From Dimorphilus gyrociliatus (lineage: Eukaryota; Animalia; Annelida): 64,000 nt of DNA. Every line of letters begins with the position of its first letter. Position 1 is the stretch's first letter. A program made the translations under genes and the position numbers. The DNA lies in NCBI GenBank assembly GCA_904063045.1, contig CAJFCJ010000021.1, positions 1 to 64,000 on the forward strand. The letters are read 5' to 3'. A model generated the notes under the pieces. It saw only the letters and a list, made by a program, of their open reading frames with translations. It was not told where the DNA came from and ran no database searches. Shown here one piece after another: positions 38,006-51,300 of the stretch.

Positions 38006-40002
38006 ATGTATAATACTTCCGCAAATGGAACTTTAACAGAGTAAGAATAATTTTTACTAATATTTTTGTCTATTTAAATATTAATTTTTGACAAATTGAA
38101 ATCTTCTATGGAAGATTTCTCTTAATAAGCATAGAATGAAAGAAAGGATATTATCATACCTTTCCTATTTAGATTACTTTTTGTAAGGAAAATAGAACAA
38201 AAACCGATAAGGTAATAAATAATTCATTTAAGAAAACAAATAAACTAACCAATACAGGTCACCGTCGTCAGCAATCTTCGTCTTACTAACAATACTCTTC
38301 GGTTCGACCTTCGTTATAGGAGTGTCTGGTAACGTCCTAATTCTCGCAGCCGTCGCTAAGAACTCTGATTTACACTCGAGTCCCTATGTATTCCTCTGTA
38401 ATATGGCTGCATGCGACTTATTACTCATCTTTACGTGTTTGCCGATCGGCTTCATCGAATTTTACGCTAATTGCTGGCTTCTCGGTTCATTCATATGTAA
38501 GAAAAACTTTCAATTTCCCTATTTTTTACTATAAGCGTATAGATTAACTATTGTAAGTGATGCATATAAAGCACATAAAGTTATAGGCGTTAACAAATAA
38601 ACGTTGCAAATGACGTCAACGTTCGTACGTAAAACGTACGGAATGACCTATACGCATCCCTTCTCTCAATCTTCTCTTTCACTTTTTTTCAGGTAAACTA
38701 GTTCCCTACGTTGAAAGAGTAATAGCTCATGCATCCATGCTAACCATCCTCTTCGCCAGCTTCGAACGATACTGCGCCATCTGTAAGCCTACTGTTTCGC
38801 AATTCAGGTGTGATTGGTGGAGAGCAATGAAACTAAGTATGGCAGCTTGGCCATCTTCAATCTTGACTGCTATTGCAGTTGTTGATATGGTCGTACTCAG
38901 ACACAAATTATGCAGAATTCGTACTGAACAAGGCTGGCATAAAATGTACGTTTTGGGTGACACGCTGATCTTTGTTATAATACCCCTAGTTCTACTTTCA
39001 ATAGTCTTCGCAAGAATGGGTACCAGATTACAAGTTGAAGCTCATGCTGTCTTAATTCGGAGAGATTCTAGAGCTGTCCATTCATTTGACCATAAGAGGC
39101 AGATACTTTACGTCTTCCTTGCCATGGTTATAGGCTTCTTTGTTTGCGTGTTACCTGATCGGACAGCTACTATATGGGAAACTTTCGCAACAGAAAAAGA
39201 TAGACAAGTTATAGGCCTACAAGGTTTTCAGAATTTAAACGTCGTTACGAAACTGCTATTTTATGCTAAATCCGCTTTACATCCTGTCTTACTGAACATA
39301 CTTTGCCAAAGGTTTAGACGAGCTTGCTATAGGACTATTTTAAGGAAATCGGATGATAGGGGAAAAGCTAAAAGGAGAAAAAATCTATCGAGAACGAGTT
39401 CAGCCGGTTCCGCTTCTTATACAGTCGTCATAGATCGAGCAAATTCGCCATCTTTGCTAACGTTATTGCGTCCTTCTCCTAATCAATTAAACGGCTCATC
39501 GACATCTCTCGATAAACGATCCAGATCGCCATCCCCATCTATTATTCGCTCTGGAAGAGCTTCACCTTGTTCCGTTATTATAGCTCCAATACCTAAAAAA
39601 GCAATGAGAGATCCTCTGGCTAGACGTAGGAGCAGCCTCAAGCCTTCCGATGCTATATTTGAAAATCATAAAATAGTTATTGACTATAGAAGACGATCAG
39701 CATGTTCAGAAGATATAGCCTTTAAGCAGTTGCCTTCGTATTCGAAATCTGAAACCAGCGGATTTCAGAAGGCTGCAACAAACTCAGATTCTCGGCAACC
39801 GTACAAAAGACCAAGTGTAATGGCTTGCCGATGTTCCAATAGTTCCCTTTTAGCAGCTCTTCCCAAATCAAACGGCAATATTCCGCCCAAATCTGCTCTT
39901 AACAAGAGGAGGTGGAGTGCCATACCTATGGGTGCAAAGGAAAGCCAGGACATGTATGGCTTCGTTCCAACGATACCCAAAAATTTGCAGTACAATACGT
40001 AG
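38006..40002 (+). CDS. Class A neuropeptide GPCR, ETH-receptor/TRH-ghrelin-receptor-like. Exons 38006-38040, 38258-38496, 38693-40002
   Basis: N-glycosylation sequons NTS and NGT; GN in TM1, MAACD in TM2, CKLVPYVERVIAHASMLTILFASFERYCAIC (ETHR-like), FFVCVLPDR in TM6; long basic Ser-rich tail. Confidence 0.85.
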
Positions 40003-40626
40003 CCATCATTTTATAAACAAACAAAATAACACCATTTTTTTCAATTAGCTCATAGATACACGCTAATTTATGGAAAAACGTTTTTATTACAAAATAGGTG
40101 CGATTTCATAGTTGACAAAAGGCCTATCTCTTTCTTTCAACTAATGACTATTCGAGGTGGAATAAAGAGTTGTAAATTCGTTGCTTCTTTCCTTTTTCCT
40201 TCGAAGTGTCATTAAAGTCAAGTTAAGCCTATCACACACAAACCCAAAATAGGCAAGAGAAAATGTTAACGAGACGCTTTCGTCAGAAATGAACCAGTTA
40301 GCGTTCTTGTTTATCTCGGTGTGAAACTTCACTTTTACTATTATTTCCTCTATTTTTTTATAACCGGAAGACATGCTATTTTTGATATGTTTGCTCTGTT
40401 TCCGACTTTCACCTTTAACTCTTCAGAACTTTTAGGGTCCTACTTTAGCCTATACAATAAAAAAAAAATCATCTGAAAGTAGGCCTATAAAACGGAAATG
40501 CTACATTCCAGTCAGTTCTTTTTTTTCGAACGAAAGAAAAACATCTTGCTCAACTCTCATTGTTTTTATCGATAAATCAATTATGCAAACAATTTACTTA
40601 GTCTCTCTTGATATAAGTAACAAATC

Positions 40627-41324
40627 ATGAATGTTCGTTATGCGAAATATTGTACAGAGGTCGACAAATATGATCCTGTAATGGTTGGAAGTATTGATGG
40701 AACGGACGAAGAAGCTCACGACAAAGCAATCATTAGGGCTTCGGAAGCTAAATATAAACCTAACAAAGGAACTGTTGGAAATGCCAAAAAGACTCTTTTT
40801 GTTTTTAATTTGAATAGTGACACTAAAGAAGAAACATTGACAAAAGTATTTAAAAAACACGGCACTTTAAGAAATGTTCGAGTAGTTCGAGATATTGTGA
40901 CAGGTGATAGTAAAAATTATGCGTTTGTTGAGTTTAAGCACTCGAGTGATGCTGGCAATGCACTAAAACACTGCGATGGATTACACTTGGAGGGAAATCG
41001 AATTAAAGTAGAGCAAGAGCTGGAGCGAACTTTGAAAGGTTGGGTACCTAGGAGATTAGGAGGAGGTAGACGAATTGATGTTCTTTTCATTTAAAAAAAA
41101 TTAAAGAGCAAGTTTCTTTTTATCATATATTTAATCAATTCTTTAATTCTTCCAAAGGCTTGGGTGGTAGAAAAGAAGCAGGTCAATTGAGATTCGGAGG
41201 TAAATATCGTCCATGGGCAAAACCTATTTTAAAAGAACAAAAGCTATCAAGCAAAAGAAAACGATCAAGGAGCAGATCAAAAGAGAGAAGAGGAGTTAAT
41301 GATAAAAGAAATCGACATAGGTGA
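40627..41324 (+). CDS. SNRNP35: U11/U12 snRNP 35 kDa protein, 2 exons (intron about 41069-41157)
   Basis: YDPVMVGSIDGTDEEAHDKAI, RRM (TLFV...KNYAFVEF), ERTLKGWVPRRLGGG|LGGRKEAGQLRFGG, RS-rich tail. Confidence 0.93.
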
Positions 41325-41458
41325 TCAAATTCTCAGATGTACTTGTGGGAAGTGTTTTATTATAAATATAATGTTAATGGTTTATTCAGTGCAGTTCAAG
41401 AATATTTTAAAAGAGATATAGAAGAGAAAAAATAACTTTATATAATCATTTTCAAACT

Positions 41459-43307
41459 CTAAGCAATCCTGTGAGGATTTACTCTGTTCCTTTGTATATA
41501 CAACGCCAGCTTGATTATAAGGAAGAAAGCGGCAGCCGCGAATAAAATTCTACTAAATCCAATTCCCGTTTGACTAACTCGCTCAATATATACGGTCGTA
41601 TTATACGAGTGCATATGCTCCTGGGCGGATTCGATAAGCTGAGATAAAACAAAAGATGTACGATTAAACTTTTCCGTGTACATGTTTCCGACTCCTTCTA
41701 TAGCTTCGTGTGCGTGATCAATTGACGAGGCCAAAAGCCTAGCAGCTTTGCTTGCTGAATGCTTCATACCTTTAAAAAATACATTTAGATAGTGAGAGGA
41801 GTTTGACCTTTGTGAACCAACAAATACGACTAGTGCTCTCCAATTGTGAACCAGGGCGTCTTGAGTCGATAGATACAATTCCAAAACCAATTGCCAAGCT
41901 AACCATATTCCGGCCGAAAAAGTTATAAATAAGATAACGGCGGCTAATAGGCATAGTAATAAAACAAAGACAACTCCAGCATAGGGAGCGAGCATTCGTG
42001 TAATATTCGAAGATCGTGGTCGATTGTTAATTTTTCTTCGTTTCATTGAAGATGGTAACTGAGGCAACGTATGAGCTACTTTTCCTTCGGCGTTTCTTCT
42101 ATTTTTATACTCTTCTAAATACTTCATTCGAACCATATAACTTTTTTCTTAAAATAAAAAAGAAACAACATAATATAGTTTGTTAGTCTCTTTACACGAC
42201 TTTTATAAATACCAACCTTGTTCAGGTAGGCATTTTTGTATAATAACTCGACATAAAGGACATTTAGTTTGCTCCGAACGCGATCCATTTAGCCTCCTTA
42301 AGCATGGAGAGCAGAACACGTGCTTACATGGCAAGCACTTGTGAGGAAGGTAATAAACTTCTAAGCATATTGGACACATTAGTTCACCATCGATTTCGTC
42401 GTTCTAAAATGAAAGAGAGATAATAATAAACTATTGTACTATAGCGCAAGTGTGAAAAGACTAATGCTATTCTACTCGTTAAGTCTAAAGATGGCGACAC
42501 CGATTTCGTTTCTTTAAATTACTAAACTAGTTGGGAAAAACTCAATTAATACTAAAAATAGTTTACGTACGATGTCGTGAGTAAAATTTGTTGATCTGGC
42601 AGAATTTCTGCTATCTTCGCTGGATTGTTTGTCAAGTGAATAAGGTGACTTGGTAGAGTTTTCTGATGACTTAGATTTGTGTTCCGTCACTCTTATTGGT
42701 CTTGTTGAGTGTGCTTGTCGAATACTGAATTCAACAGGATAATCGACATCAACTCTGTTTCTTGATACTCTCACATACGGAAGAGCGTGTCTACCGCAAT
42801 CGCATGATACAGGTTTAACGAAATCAAAAGATCCAACTCTACCACTGCAGTGGGGACAAGATAGCTTGCCTTTCAAGTATTTGCTCTATATATTTGAAAA
42901 ATATTTATAAGAATTATTAAATTTTACAATTTAAAAGCGTACTTGAATAAAACAGCTTTTCAGCCAGTCTAAATTAGTAGAGAAATCCAAGAACCACTGC
43001 GTATCGCTACAGCCATCTAAAAGTTAAAACGATTGCAATATTATTTCTTGAGTTACTAGAAAATATTTCATATTATTTTAGAACTAAAATAAACTTTTAA
43101 AGGATAATTTATAGAATACATTAGAATTATAGAAAATTCCGTCGATATTTCACATGATCGACAATGCCTTTAATTAATGCGAGCCTTTTTGATATATTTA
43201 CCTTCTCTAAGGCCGTAAATATCATCAAACTTATCGCCCTTAGGATTCAAAAGATCTGCTGCTGAGAATAGAAAATGCCTGCATAATCTACAACGAAATT
43301 TGGTCAT
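41459..43307 (-). CDS. RNF180: RNF180-like RING E3 ligase with membrane C-terminus. Exons 43307-43202, 43016-42943, 42885-42571, 42403-42217, 42147-41459
   Basis: N-terminal FRCRLCR...KGKLSCPHCSGRVGSFDF...CDCG zinc module and RING CPIC...CKHVFCSPC...CPLC. The 225-aa ORF 41459-42136 splices in frame as the last exon. Confidence 0.8.
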
Positions 43308-44501
43308 AATTTTTTCGATTTGTTTACGTTGTCAAAAAAACCACACGGACGAAACACAGCTTTTCCACTCGTGATAACTGATAGAGCCATTAAACTGGTA
43401 CCCAAGTCCGCATTCGTTTTCCAATAGAGAAATTTTAGAACAAATAAATTTAAATATACAAACGTTTATTCTAATAAAGAAACGTTAAAAAAGCAATTAT
43501 TTTCATTTAGAGTAAATATTTAAATAGATAAAATCTAATTTATCGAAATTGTTAGTCGTTAAACCACTAATAAATAAATTAAAAGTATAATCGAACGTTT
43601 TCCCTAGAAGTATTTTATTGGTCAATTCATTCGAAATTTGTTAATTATGTAGCAAGTGATTTATTCTTTTTTTATTATTGTTTCTTATAAAAAGTAGGAT
43701 TATCGATTGGTGTCGTTATTGCATTATCTATAGGAGGACGTCTAAAACACGATGTAAGGAAGTGTCTTTGAGGAAGCGTAACAAGAATTATCATTATCCT
43801 TACGGGCTATCGAGAAATGAGAGACATAAAAAGAGTGCTCAAAAATAGAGAGAGAGAGTGAGGAAGAGAAAGAAGAAAATATTTTGGGGCCGCAACAGTT
43901 TTGTAAATCTATATATGGCGACAATAAGATAATTACAAACTCATGTCAGAATTAATCGGAAAAGAAAGACTAAGTTAGCCGTAAAAATGAAGTAAAAATG
44001 CTTAAATAATTCTATATAGAACTAAGTAAAAATTACTTTAGGCCCGGAAAAGCCGTAAATTAATTTTAGATACAACATTCAACAATTTAGGGAAATGGAC
44101 TATTTAAATCAATAATTTTTATAACTTAATTAACTGCAAAGCATCTATGGCTTGTCAATATGTAAAAAGAAAAAGTAAGCCTAAAATAGACCTAATTAAA
44201 GCCAACTTAATGCATAGTAATAAACTGAATGACGAATACTTTATTTGACATTTTCTTTTTTTTTTCCTTCTCTTTTTTTTCAGAAACATAGATAAAGCAT
44301 TGAAGGAACTTATCCCTTAATTTACCGTGTTCTTCTTGTCATCACCTTCTTCAAAGTCCTTGCTGCTATAAAACAACGTTAATAGAAGAAAATAGCTTGT
44401 GCGTTAACGAATAATAGTCCTAGGAGAAAAAAAAAACCTGCGCAAGAATACAATTTTCTCGAAAACAGCGCACGGCACATTTGCTCTCTTCGCTCCTCAT
44501 C

Positions 44502-45598
44502 ATGAGCGCGTTCACCGTACCGGACGGCTTAACTGATTTATTACAAAATTTTGCAGTGCATGCAATAAAGGAACAACCGGAAGACTTGTTAAAATTTGCT
44601 GCTAAATTCTTTTCTAAACGATTAGAGGAGCGAGATGGAACTACTACAACTACAAATGCAATGACAACATCTTCCATTCGAAAGAAAGTAGATGTCAGAG
44701 AAAATCGTAATGAGTTATATGACGTTAGCGAGGAATATGAGAGAATATGCGAGTCGGAAGAAGAGAACATTGATGGAGGTTTGACAATTTTTAAAATAAG
44801 TTTTTTTCCCGTATAATAAGCCTTAAGGCCTATAGATTTGCAAATAGTTTTTTCCCCTAGACTTACTAGTAGAAAGGGAAAGGAGAGAGGCTGGGGGAAG
44901 AGAGGGTGAGGTAAAAAAGAAGTATGATATAAAGACATTTCGGAGAGGGAAATGAAAAGACAAACTTTTCGTTTTTATCTATAGTAAATAATAAATTTAT
45001 CTCTTACCATGAGAGTTTATTTGCTATGAAATTATTGGACAGATTGTACAAGTTTTTTATTGCTGCTAGACACCTCACAAGCGTCTAAAAAAATTGATCG
45101 GACACTCTCTTTGCATCAATAGCTTAATGAGTATGGGCTGTATAAACAACTTTTTTTTTCGCCTTAGGGTCCAAGCACTAATAATAACAACAATACGCAA
45201 AATTTCTTTAAAATATTTCATATATGTATAGATATTAATATATTCGGTCCATCTATATTTAGTAAATGAACCATAATACATACATGTTATGGCTTATTTA
45301 CTATATATAAAACAATAATTTTAACCTTTCAACTACTAAATGGTAAACTACAGCAACCTGTGATCGCAAATTAGTGTTAAAAGATGCAACTGCTGCTCTC
45401 TCGTTACTCTAATACTGTCTCCAATGACGACGAGAATATGTTGCCTATCAAAAATAATTTTATTACGTTACCTTTTAAGTATTTTTTTGTGTCAATAGAG
45501 TATTTAAACGGGATTAAATGGACGGTTTTGTATGTTTATTATTACGTAGTATACTATACAGTTAATCTTTATATTGTACATATACATTTATATATATA

Positions 45599-45651
<53 letters not shown>

Positions 45652-45915
45652 TAAACTAAATCTATACATCCCTATAATCCAGTAATATCTATTTACTCAG
45701 ATTGTCTCCTTTTTTTTCTAATAGAACATTATACGCCTATTAAGTCTTGGTAAAACGTGTTTTCTTTCTTAAAGATTCTATTATATTACTAGAAACCTTT
45801 TTTTTTTACTTGTTCTTTAACTACCTCTTCTGTATATCTCCTCCTATTGCTCCACCCCCATCTACCCCTTTTCAACTCCTTCTTCATCTTCTGCTGCATT
45901 ACTCTTGCTAACTTT

Positions 45916-45956
<41 letters not shown>

Positions 45957-46338
45957 ATTTCCCTCTCTTTTGTTGTTTGTTTTCCTACATTTCCTTATTT
46001 ATATGTATAAAAATATGACAAAGCAAACAAGGTTCATCTCTTTTATGGATAATTTATAGTAGACAATTATTATATTGTGTGCGACAGTAGCATATAGGTT
46101 AGGATGATAATTAAATGAAAGTATGTAACCTTCTCTACGGGTTTCTTTATGCTCTGTTGCTCCTTTGATAAAGCGTCTATGTGGAAATATTGATGATGGA
46201 CGACTCTAGGCCTAAGAAAACGATCAAAGTTATTTTTCCAATTTTTTTAAAAAAGGAAAAGGGAAATTTTTACTGTATGATACAGAGTATGTAATTTCTC
46301 TCTTTCACCTTAAACCCTGTTAGACCTTTCTCTTTCTT

Positions 46339-46375
<37 letters not shown>

Positions 46376-47999
46376 AAGTTATAAGGCATAATCCCGACGG
46401 ATAAAGCTTTCAGAAATAAATCGGACAGAGTGTATCTGAAAAAAAGAGGGAAAAACGAGTAAAAATTTTCTCTTTTCCATTAATCAAAGCAACCAGAAAA
46501 GGGTTTTAATAGACAAGTCTCGTTTCTATAATTAAGACGACTTTTTTTGCAATAAGTAAAAGTAACATATCTAAATTCTACTATTACGTTAAAGCTGTTT
46601 CTTTAGTGGTTTGAGATAGGATCTTGACACAAATCGTAATTAAATTTGATATCTTAGACTATTTATTAGATAAAACTCTCTAATATTCTGATAAATTTAT
46701 TGTAAATAGCAGAGAAAATTAAGCATTTATTATCTATATTACGTCATAATTGATATCTTAAGATATGGCTGTACTATGATTATTGGGTTAATTAGTTATA
46801 AATATACTTTTTTGATTGATTCTATCTTCTTTATAGGTCGGGTACCGAACTTAAAGTCTCGGAGAAAATCTGTTGCGGCTGAACATTACGATCCAGAAAC
46901 AGATAAGGATGATTCTTTAATTGTTCACCCAAAGTCGGCTGTACAGTGTAAACGACTAAAGTCAACTCTCCAAAATTGTTTTTATTTTCGTCACGTGGAT
47001 GGAGAGCAGATGAAATTACTGATAGACGCAATGTTTGAAAAGAAGATAGAGCATCCTAACGAAGTGGTAATTAACCAAGGAGATGACGGAGACTATATGT
47101 ACGTTGTAGAAGAAGGGAAATTTGAGGCTTTTGTCCTCAAGAACTCGAATGGAAAAGACGGTAAAAAGGAATATGTTAAAACGGAACCGCCTAAAGTCTA
47201 TGAAAATGGCGGATTTTTTGGGGAATTGGCTTTGATGTATAATACGGCAAGAGCCGCTTGTATTCTATCAAAGACTCCAGGTAGATTATGGGCTATGGAT
47301 AGACAAACATTCAGAAAGATTATCATTAGATCAACTCACAAAAAACTGAAACAATTCGAGGATTTGCTTAAAAGTGTTCCTATCTTTAATGAATTAACTC
47401 ACTACGAGAGAAACAACGTCGCGTACGCCCTCCAAAGTATAGAGTATCCAGATGGTCATGTGATTATGAGGCAAGGAGATAAAGCTGATGCAATGTACTT
47501 TGTCGAACGAGGTTCTGTTTGTTGTTTAGTTCAAGTAAGAGGTTTTCTTTCAGCATTGTATTAATAATCTAAGAAAAAAGATAAACGTTAATTTTCTATA
47601 TCATCAGGAGAAAGGAGAAGAAAAGGAAGTCAATAAAATTATGCCAGGCGGATATTTCGGAGGTAAGAAAACATAGTTGACCAGTTTATTTCATTTATTT
47701 TCTATGCCTTTTCTCTTTAACAAAATGAAAGAAAAAGCCTAAAAATGATAAACAATAGATTGCTAAATTAATTAATTGTTATATTTTTATTGAGAATAGA
47801 ACTTGCACTGCTAACTGACCAACCAAGAGCGGCTAGTATAATTGCGGTAGGGGACACTAAAGTTGCTAAATTATCACGGGAAGATTTTATTCGACTGTTG
47901 GGCCCTTGCCAAGAAATTATGAAGAGAAACATTCACGAGTACGAAGAACAACTGGCTACAGTTTTCGGTTCGAAACACGAGATAAAGCATTTAATTTAA
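44502..47999 (+). CDS. PRKAR2: cAMP-dependent protein kinase type II regulatory subunit. Exons 44502-44778, 46837-~47534, ~47608-47662, ~47799-47999
   Basis: D/D domain ([14 protein letters not shown]...[12 protein letters not shown]), substrate-type inhibitor site RRKSVAAE (type II), two CNB domains [14 protein letters not shown] and [15 protein letters not shown]. Confidence 0.95.
45589..45649. repeat. (TA)n microsatellite interrupted by CTG
   Basis: TATATATA-CTG-(TA)n. Confidence 0.95.
45923..45953. repeat. (CT)n microsatellite; a second one lies at about 46343-46369
   Basis: Perfect CT runs. Confidence 0.9.
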
Positions 48000-48370
48000 A
48001 ATTAAAAATTTACAACCAAATACTTAACTTTATAAATTAATTAACTATTCTATATACATATATACTTTACATGTTTATAAGCTATATAAGCGAAGGGAAA
48101 GAGAAAACCATAATACATAATAAATATGTATAATATATAATTGTATCAAATCATTTGTATTTTTCATTAATATATATATATATATATATTAATGAATATA
48201 TATATATCTTTTTTTCTATATGTATATACATGGTATAAATTGTTGGATATACTGTACATATTGATATATACAGTATATAAAATCAGCATTAGTAATATAT
48301 TAATTACAGTGTCAATCACAAAAATGATAATAATAATAACAATAGTTATTATAATTTATTGACTTTGTGA

Positions 48371-51300
48371 CTACATATTACTTTTTATTTCAAGTTCTGA
48401 CTTTGGTCTATCGTTTGTATAACGACTATCAATTATTTTTGTTAAGAAATTCTCCATCCTCTTTAAAGTCAGAGAATTATGCATAGTTTCCAAAGGACGG
48501 ATGGATGGTACCGCCCAACAGTTGCCGGATGTTATATTCATAATCACTCCACTTTCAATTTTCGATAAAGATGGAGCGGAAAGTGAACCGGATATGACGC
48601 TTGTACTAATTAATCCTTGTTTAACTGTGTCAAAGTCTGGTAATGGAAAAAGAGTATCACGGAATTTTTCTACCCTCTCTGAGTACGAATCAAATTTATT
48701 CTTTTCATGGATAACTGTCGGTAATGACGTCTGCCTAATTCGATTTCTTTTCTTTTGAACCAAGTTCGATTCAGATGACGAAATTTCTTCGCTCTTTGCC
48801 AAATTCTGCAATGTCGTAACAATATTAAGGCCCTTTCAGGGAAAGACGCAAACGGGGAAATAATTATTTTATAAACTAACTTTTTGACAGCCAGCTGGTC
48901 TATAGCCCAAGCCTGTTGGATACCTTTGATCTCTAACGTTATGATAGGCTCCTGGACTGAAATGTAGTTCCACGTGGAATCTCCCTTCAGATTGAAGTTC
49001 TTTAGTGCGATCCTCATAAACCATGATAATAATTTGAGTCATGTAATTTAATTCTGATATTTCACTGATAAAGTTCATTGATCGTTGCCATTGCTCGTCA
49101 TTTTTATTTTTACATAATCCACCTAATCTTATAATGTTTAACAAGGAATGTATATGGGACTCACTAGTAAAATATAGCCTTGTTCGAACATGACGATGGG
49201 GAGTAGAAACGCCTGTCGAGTATCTGGAATCAAGTCTAGTTGCTCCTTCGTCAATATTTCGATGTAAGTCTGCCTGAATCTTTTTCATTAGCGGGGTGCA
49301 GATACACTGACCAATCTGCAATTTTTCTTCTTTAGTTATACCATATTCCTGAGGAATTATAATATCAGCAAGAGCTTTGGCGGAGGCGTACAATTGATCA
49401 GCCGTTTCACTTTCTGGTTCAAAATATTTATGATTATGCTGTAAATCGTATTTAATACAATCGTAGATATCCGGTATCTTTGATATATCCCATTTATTAT
49501 CTTTCATCCGAAAGTCTTTTACCAATTTTGCCCATCTTCGAACCATCAATTCCCATGATTCGTTTTTGTAGAGCTTATAGTGGTCTGTAACGTTTTCATC
49601 ATCTATTGAAATGTCGTCTGTGTCTTTCAAATCGCATAATTGACTTTCGTTAGCCAGCTTTTTAACCAGCTCTAGTAGTTTTATTGCACAATTATAAATT
49701 TTTTCGCAAGTTTTAAAAGGATTTTTAATAAAATACATGGCGTTTGTTAATGAGATACTGCTTGTAGCTCCCAGCTGTTAGATTGGTAGTATATATAAGT
49801 TATAGATATATTAAAAAGTAAGGACTTAAAAAGGAAATTAAAAGAACTTACACTTTCGTAGTCTTCCTTAGTAAAATTTTCATTCTTATTTAATATGTAT
49901 TGTAATTTTGCTTTAATTCTGTAGAATGAAACAATGACAGGAATTTACAATTAAACTAAACCTTAAAAATAACAAAAAAGAAAGCTTAGTACAATTATAA
50001 AATACTTTCTTATGCTTAAAATAAATCAATTAAACCACTATTTTACAACAGATGACTAGTTTTCTTCTATTGAAATATATAATAAACTACTACAAAATTA
50101 ACATTAAACCTAATGCAAAATTCATGCATAACTGTATTTACGTATATATATACTGTATATATGTAAATACAGTATATAACTGTTACATAATATAAATGGA
50201 AATCTATTTTCTTCTAATGTAAATGATAAAAACTATTTTAGTTTTTTCTTTCTCTTTCTATATAAATTTTATATTGTTTACAGTTTGTCTCTTTTTTTAT
50301 CTTATAAAAAGAAAGAAAGAGAAACGAATGAAAACAATAAGATTAACTCGACTAAAAATGAAATAGAAGGAAATTTTATGTTTTTAGAATAGTAAAGTAT
50401 GAGAAACGATAAAGAAGAAAAAGCTATGTCGAAAAGTAGAACTGAAGTAATTGAAACCTGTCAACCTTCAGAAGACACCTGCAGGATAGTTGGGTTTTTT
50501 TTAAAAATAGATGATACCCGTATTTTGACTATTAAACCGAAAAATTTCCTTTTAGTTTCCTTTGTTTCAAGTTCTAATTCAATTAAAGATTTATCGGCCT
50601 TTCTTATCTCATTATATATTTCGTTGAAATAGAATTAGTTTAAGCATAATCTATTCTATTCTTGTTTTTAGCGCCATGAATATAATATTTTTTGTTGAGA
50701 CGAGCAGTACTCTATCAGAGGGAAATATATATATAATAAGATAAAACTTTTAAATCAAATATCCAATGTATTGTACAAAACTTCTATCATCTTTTACTAG
50801 TCTACGATGTTACTGGATAAAAGGGAATAGCTTATCAAATGATAGTACACATTTATATACTAATATACTTATTGAATTTTAATACAAAAAAACTTCTCCA
50901 TCCTGTTCTATATAAATTTCCTTTTTAACTAAAAGTTTTGTATTCTTTGACAACGTCGTGACCTTGACTATTTTTCTTCATACAAAAGTATAAAAGTTTG
51001 TATTTATATCGTCACCAAATTCTTATTATATCGATTTTTTTTTTACCTTAGCGGCTTTAGTATAGAATATCTCAGATTTTTAGACAATAAACTGTATAAA
51101 TTATCTATTGTAGCACGATTGCAAGTACAGTATCCTAATTTTTTTGTCATCTCCTATCTTATTAGTGTGACATAGGGTAAATATTGTTTCTCCCTTATAA
51201 TGACAGCCCTTCTTAACAAAGGTTCTCTTATTTCATCCAAATAGTAGACTTTACTTTATCCGTAAAATTACAATTGCCTCTTTTTTTTCAAATGGTGAAA

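Noticed and set aside
47220-47270. PKA RII CNB-A cassette has NTARAA instead of NTPRAA, plus a longer loop
   Set aside because: The essential Glu and Arg are intact; likely tolerated variation.
38006-47999. Apparent cAMP theme: GPCR with PKA sites, PKA RII and many CREs
   Set aside because: Unrelated genes intervene and eukaryotic neighbours are rarely functionally clustered; no evidence beyond coincidence.
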